Below, piece after piece: positions 60,152 to 64,000 of a DNA stretch of 64,000 nt. The translations under genes were made by a program, and so were the position numbers. Numbering within the stretch: position 1 is the stretch's first letter; each line of letters opens with the position of its first letter. Source of the DNA: Candidatus Latescibacterota bacterium (lineage in GTDB: Bacteria; Latescibacterota; UBA2968); the NCBI GenBank assembly GCA_965198115.1, contig OZ240241.1, positions 3,520,001 to 3,584,000 on the forward strand. The letters are read 5' to 3'. Below the pieces are notes generated by a model that was not told where the DNA came from, did not search any database, and saw only the letters and a program-made list of their open reading frames with translations.

Positions 60152-61690
60152 ATGGCGGAAGCAACAGCAACACCTCAGCTCACCCGCAAGGACTTCGTCT
60201 CCGACCAGGAAGTTCGCTGGTGCCCGGGATGCGGCGACTATGCCATACTCGCCCAGATGCAGCGCATCATGCCCGATCTGGGAATCCCCAAAGAGAAGAT
60301 CGTGTTCGTATCCGGTATCGGCTGCTCCAGTCGTTTTCCTTACTACATGGACACCTACGGGATCCACTCGATTCACGGGCGGGCACCGACTCTCGCGACC
60401 GGTCTCAAGGTGGCCAATCCCGACCTCCACGTTTGGGTGATCACGGGCGACGGTGACGGGCTGTCGATCGGCGGGAATCACATGCTTCACGTTCTGCGCC
60501 GTAACGTGGACGTCAACATCATCCTGTTCAACAACCGGATCTACGGACTCACGAAAGGTCAGTACTCTCCCACGTCATTGCCCGGTCACAAGACGAAGTC
60601 CTCACCCATGGGATCTATCGAACAGTCGTTCAACCCCATTTCCGTGGCCATCGGGGCAGAGGCCACGTTCGTCGCGCGCACGGCCGACCGAAATACCAAA
60701 CATCTGGCAGAAATTTTGGCGAAGGCCGCCGCCCACAAAGGAACGTCGTTCGTCGAGGTTTACCAGAACTGCAACATCTTCAACGACGGCGCGTGGCTCC
60801 ACATCACCGAGTCCGAGGTAAGAGACGACAACACCCTGATCCTCGAAGATGGGGAGCCCATGATCTTCGGAAAGGACCAGGATCGTGGGATCCGTCTCAA
60901 CGGTCTCTATCCCGAAGTCGTCGAGCTGGGCAACGGCGTGAGCGAAAACGAACTCCTCGTTCACGACGACAAGGCAGAAGGCCCCGAGCTCGCTTACCTG
61001 CTGAGCCGGCTCGGACCGCCGGATTTCCCGGTTCCTCTCGGGGTCTACCGATCGATCGAACGCCCGACCTACGAGGGCCAATTGGTCGAGCAGGGCGCTC
61101 AAGCCGTGGAAGAGAAGGGCGCCGGTGACCTGGCCAAGCTCTACCACGCGAGCGATACCTGGATCGTTCCTGAGGATTCCGGCTGGGTCCCTCCGGAGCA
61201 GCGCCGGGCGCTATCCACAGAGGTTTCCCCATCGACACCCGACTACACGCCCGACATCGATCACGAGGAAGAACCAAAAAGCGAGCTTCAAGACCTGATG
61301 GAGAACCGCATCGCCACGCTCGATCTGCCAGAGCCAGCCTGCGTCAAAGCCGAGACGACGCTCGCCGAAGGCGTTCAGCTGATGAAGGACCAGAACTTGG
61401 GGTGCCTGCTAGTCACCGACGATGATGGTAAGATCGAGGGGATTTTCGCGCAGGGTGACATCTTCTCCCAGGTTGCCCGCCGCGATATGGACATGAACAC
61501 CACTACGGTGGGATCCCTGATGACCCCGGATCCGACCACCCTCAGCCGATCGGCCCCGATCGGACACGTCTTGCACCTGATGGCGCTTCACGGATTCCGT
61601 CACATCCCGATCGTCAACCGCGAGGGCAAACCCGTCGCCCTGGCGTCGTTCAAATCCGTACTCCAGTTCCTGGGCGGCATCCTGCAGTAG
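60152..61690 (+). CDS. korB: 2-oxoacid:ferredoxin oxidoreductase beta subunit with C-terminal CBS pair
   Basis: WCPGCGD, SGIGCS, HGR and GDGD...NN.IYGLTKGQ.SPT motifs. After SDTWIV come a P/E/T linker and CBS motifs (GCLLV, GIF..GD, LMTPDP, FRHIPIV). Confidence 0.92.
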   Translation: MAEATATPQLTRKDFVSDQEVRWCPGCGDYAILAQMQRIMPDLGIPKEKIVFVSGIGCSSRFPYYMDTYGIHSIHGRAPTLATGLKVANPDLHVWVITGDGDGLSIGGNHMLHVLRRNVDVNIILFNNRIYGLTKGQYSPTSLPGHKTKSSPMGSIEQSFNPISVAIGAEATFVARTADRNTKHLAEILAKAAAHKGTSFVEVYQNCNIFNDGAWLHITESEVRDDNTLILEDGEPMIFGKDQDRGIRLNGLYPEVVELGNGVSENELLVHDDKAEGPELAYLLSRLGPPDFPVPLGVYRSIERPTYEGQLVEQGAQAVEEKGAGDLAKLYHASDTWIVPEDSGWVPPEQRRALSTEVSPSTPDYTPDIDHEEEPKSELQDLMENRIATLDLPEPACVKAETTLAEGVQLMKDQNLGCLLVTDDDGKIEGIFAQGDIFSQVARRDMDMNTTTVGSLMTPDPTTLSRSAPIGHVLHLMALHGFRHIPIVNREGKPVALASFKSVLQFLGGILQ

Positions 61691-61765
61691 CCCAGCACAG
61701 AGATCGACTGAAACGCCCTCCGTCTTCACGCGGTGGGCGTTTCTCGTTCCACCAGGAGAGCCAGA

Positions 61766-62764
61766 ATGGAAACGCTCAGAATCGGGATCGTCGGATCGGG
61801 TGGGATGGCAACCCGGCGCGCGCAGAACCTCTCGAACCTCGACCGCTGCCACATCGCCGCCATCGCGGCCCGCAACCCGGAAACCGGGTCCCGATTGGCG
61901 AAACAGACCGGAGCGGACCTCACGACGGATTGGCACGACCTGATCGCCAGGGACGACATCCACGCGATCGTCGTGGCCACCCACAACGCCCTGCATGGAT
62001 CCATCATCATCGCCGCGCTCGAAGCTGGCCACCACGTCTTCTCTGAATACCCAGCCTCTCGCACGACGACCGAATGCGCAGCTATCGACGAACTCATCGA
62101 CGGTCAGGCCGTTCTTCGTCTCGCCCACAATGCCCACATCTCCTCCGAGCATCGGGCCCTGCGCACGAGCATCGATCAGTCGGGCGCACCCGTACTCTCG
62201 CACTTCCTCCGGCTCACGCCCGGTCGTGGCCGACGCCCCGAGGTGTTGTTCAACCTGGACCTGTCGGGCCCGCCCGCCCTTTTCTTCGTCTACCAGGTCC
62301 AACCCTACGTCAAATTCTTCGGCCCTGCCTCATCGGTCCACTGCGAAGCAACCTATGAAGGCTTGCGTGACGACACCTCATACGACCGCTTCGTGAACGC
62401 CCTGACCGTGCGGTTCGAGAAGGGAGTCTGCGGCCAGTGGACCTGGGCGGGTGGAATCACCATCGACCGTGCCATCCAGGAAGCTCGCATCGTCACAACC
62501 GATGCCACATTCATCGAGACCGACGATGGCTGGGACATCTCCACGCAAGACACCGTATCGCCGCTCGAATTCGGCGAAAACGAGCATACGCTGGAATCCC
62601 AGTTCCTCGTCGACATCGCGGGTGATTCCGACTGGCGAGCCGACGCCCGAATCGATCTCGAGGCCGATCGGATCGGTCTTGCGGCTGAACGATCCGCCTC
62701 CGAGGGCCGTGTAGTCGACCTGAGCGAGACTCGTGAAGCATCCTTCCGCGTCCCAACCGGCTGA
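61766..62764 (+). CDS. Gfo/Idh/MocA family oxidoreductase
   Basis: IGIVGSG.M, VVAT.N.LH and AG.HVFSEYP motifs. Confidence 0.85.
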   Translation: METLRIGIVGSGGMATRRAQNLSNLDRCHIAAIAARNPETGSRLAKQTGADLTTDWHDLIARDDIHAIVVATHNALHGSIIIAALEAGHHVFSEYPASRTTTECAAIDELIDGQAVLRLAHNAHISSEHRALRTSIDQSGAPVLSHFLRLTPGRGRRPEVLFNLDLSGPPALFFVYQVQPYVKFFGPASSVHCEATYEGLRDDTSYDRFVNALTVRFEKGVCGQWTWAGGITIDRAIQEARIVTTDATFIETDDGWDISTQDTVSPLEFGENEHTLESQFLVDIAGDSDWRADARIDLEADRIGLAAERSASEGRVVDLSETREASFRVPTG

Positions 62765-62811
62765 TTCGACTCATCGCCAAATGAAATGGCCCTTCCAGAT
62801 CGGAAGGGCCA

Positions 62812-63264
62812 CTATTTGTTCTTGAAGGTAATGTGCGGAATCAGAGTGGGCTCGAAGCGGTCCAGACCATCCAGACCAAGCCGCTTGGCGTGCGCCCATC
62901 CCTCGTCGATACATCGACAAACATCCTTCACGCCGAGTCCCAGGAACGGGTCCGGAAACTGATGGAGTTTGGCACGTGCGTTGTCGAAGTGTTTGATGAC
63001 GCCGTGGTAGACGCCTCGCTGAAGCTGATGGTAGGCGGCCGCCAGCTGAATCAGCGCCTGGAAAAAAATCCGGTTCGGGGTCTCACATCGTCGCCAGACC
63101 TGTTCCCACGCCTCGTGGCTCTCCCAATACTCGCCCGCGTTGAAAAGCTCGGCCCCACGCCGAAGATCCTGCCAATCCTCGCGTGTCAGCTCCGGCTCGA
63201 CCGCGGCATCCGCCTCGATCGTGTACGCCGGGCGTTCCCGAGCACGTTCGAAATCCCTACGCAT
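62812..63264 (-). CDS. DUF309 family protein
   Basis: G.ELFNAGEYWESHEAWEQVW...FFQALIQLAAA pattern. Confidence 0.88.
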   Translation of the reverse strand: MRRDFERARERPAYTIEADAAVEPELTREDWQDLRRGAELFNAGEYWESHEAWEQVWRRCETPNRIFFQALIQLAAAYHQLQRGVYHGVIKHFDNARAKLHQFPDPFLGLGVKDVCRCIDEGWAHAKRLGLDGLDRFEPTLIPHITFKNK

Positions 63265-64000
63265 CGACCTGATGCGCAGCGACGTGCTGCTCCAGGGCGG
63301 CTTCGATGGCCATCAGATGGGCACGCACACGGATGTCGAGCTCCAGACTGCTGGGGGACTCCGATGTGATCATGTTTTCGGTGTGTTCGTTCCTGAAGAG
63401 CGAGATCGGGATGCCGCTTCCATCGCGTCGCTTTGGAACGTCCATATTGGGATGAATCACACCCGCGACAGCGTCCTCTCCTTCGATGCGATTCCGGGAA
63501 TCGACGGGACAGACCCCACGAACACGATCGGTAATCGAACGACCGATCGACTTCAGCCTGTACTGTTCATAGAGGTAATAGCCCTGGCTTTCCCAATCCT
63601 CGTGAAGATCCAGGACGCATCGGAAACGCTGATTGGAAACCACCTTCTTGATACAGGCGATTTCTGGCACGTCGTCGCGCAGAAAGGCCCAGTTGATGTC
63701 CACATCCTAGGCGTTCAGACGCTGATCGGCGACCCAGGCGAAAGGACAGAGACACGGAACGACGGTCAAACGAAAGTGCCGACCCCATCGAACAGTCGCG
63801 TCTTCCAGAAACGTCAGCGCAGCCTCGACACCGGCCGGCTCATCACCGTGTGTGCCCCCGTTGATAAAAACGGCCGGCTGACCTTCATCTGACAGAGTCT
63901 CGACGGCGATGACCGGATACCCCGCCACTTCGTCCAGCACACGCGATTGAAGTCCATCCAGCGCCCGAATCCTATCCACGACCGACGAGAAGTCGCGAAT
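63257..64000 (-). CDS. M14 / succinylglutamate desuccinylase-like hydrolase, 5' partial, in-frame TAG at 63707-63709
   Basis: GGTHGDEPAG, P...R.N...DIN..F and LDLHED motifs run in one frame across the TAG. Confidence 0.8.

Noticed and set aside
1-64000. Genome-wide TAG reassignment suggested by in-frame amber codons
   Set aside because: pgk, pfkA, korA and korB all end properly at TAG.

Overview
GC-rich bacterial chromosomal segment. The C-terminal dockerin/EF-hand-like tail at 388-579, the PhyH, NHL and BNR genes and the overall gene style suggest Ca. Latescibacterota or a related FCB-group lineage; this is inference, not a database result. Positions 1-16.1 kb are an accessory, decaying region next to the 3' end of tRNA-Leu(GAG). 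It holds a broken Ig-repeat surface protein, a D-2-hydroxyacid dehydrogenase, a nested IS256 / IS1380::ISL3 cluster, two truncated paralogous histidine kinases, an IS3 remnant, and BNR, NHL and PhyH genes. From 16.2 kb the region is mostly core: pfk-gap-pgk-tpiA-secG-tRNA-Leu, comF, a HAD-YvcK/CofD fusion plus a second HAD, DUF62, radC, a LOG-PAS kinase-REC-HDOD signalling operon, a GT2-radical SAM-GT2-channel-DmpA-SSS operon, larB, dus, an HpcH aldolase, a DksA-like protein, nth, polX, FIST, M14 peptidases, and a 2-oxoacid:ferredoxin oxidoreductase bracketed by CBS domains. Eight IS elements or remnants from six families are present. Many 1-2 bp homopolymer indels, including one in gap, indicate long-read consensus errors, so most frameshifts should not be read as true pseudogenes. 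No CRISPR array or rRNA was seen. The best candidates for new biology are the CBS-coupled OFOR, the HAD-YvcK fusion pair, the GT2-rSAM-GT2 module, a 42-aa sORF plus terminator upstream of dus, an H1-like disordered protein, and an in-frame heptamer-repeat insertion inside a kinase ATPase domain.
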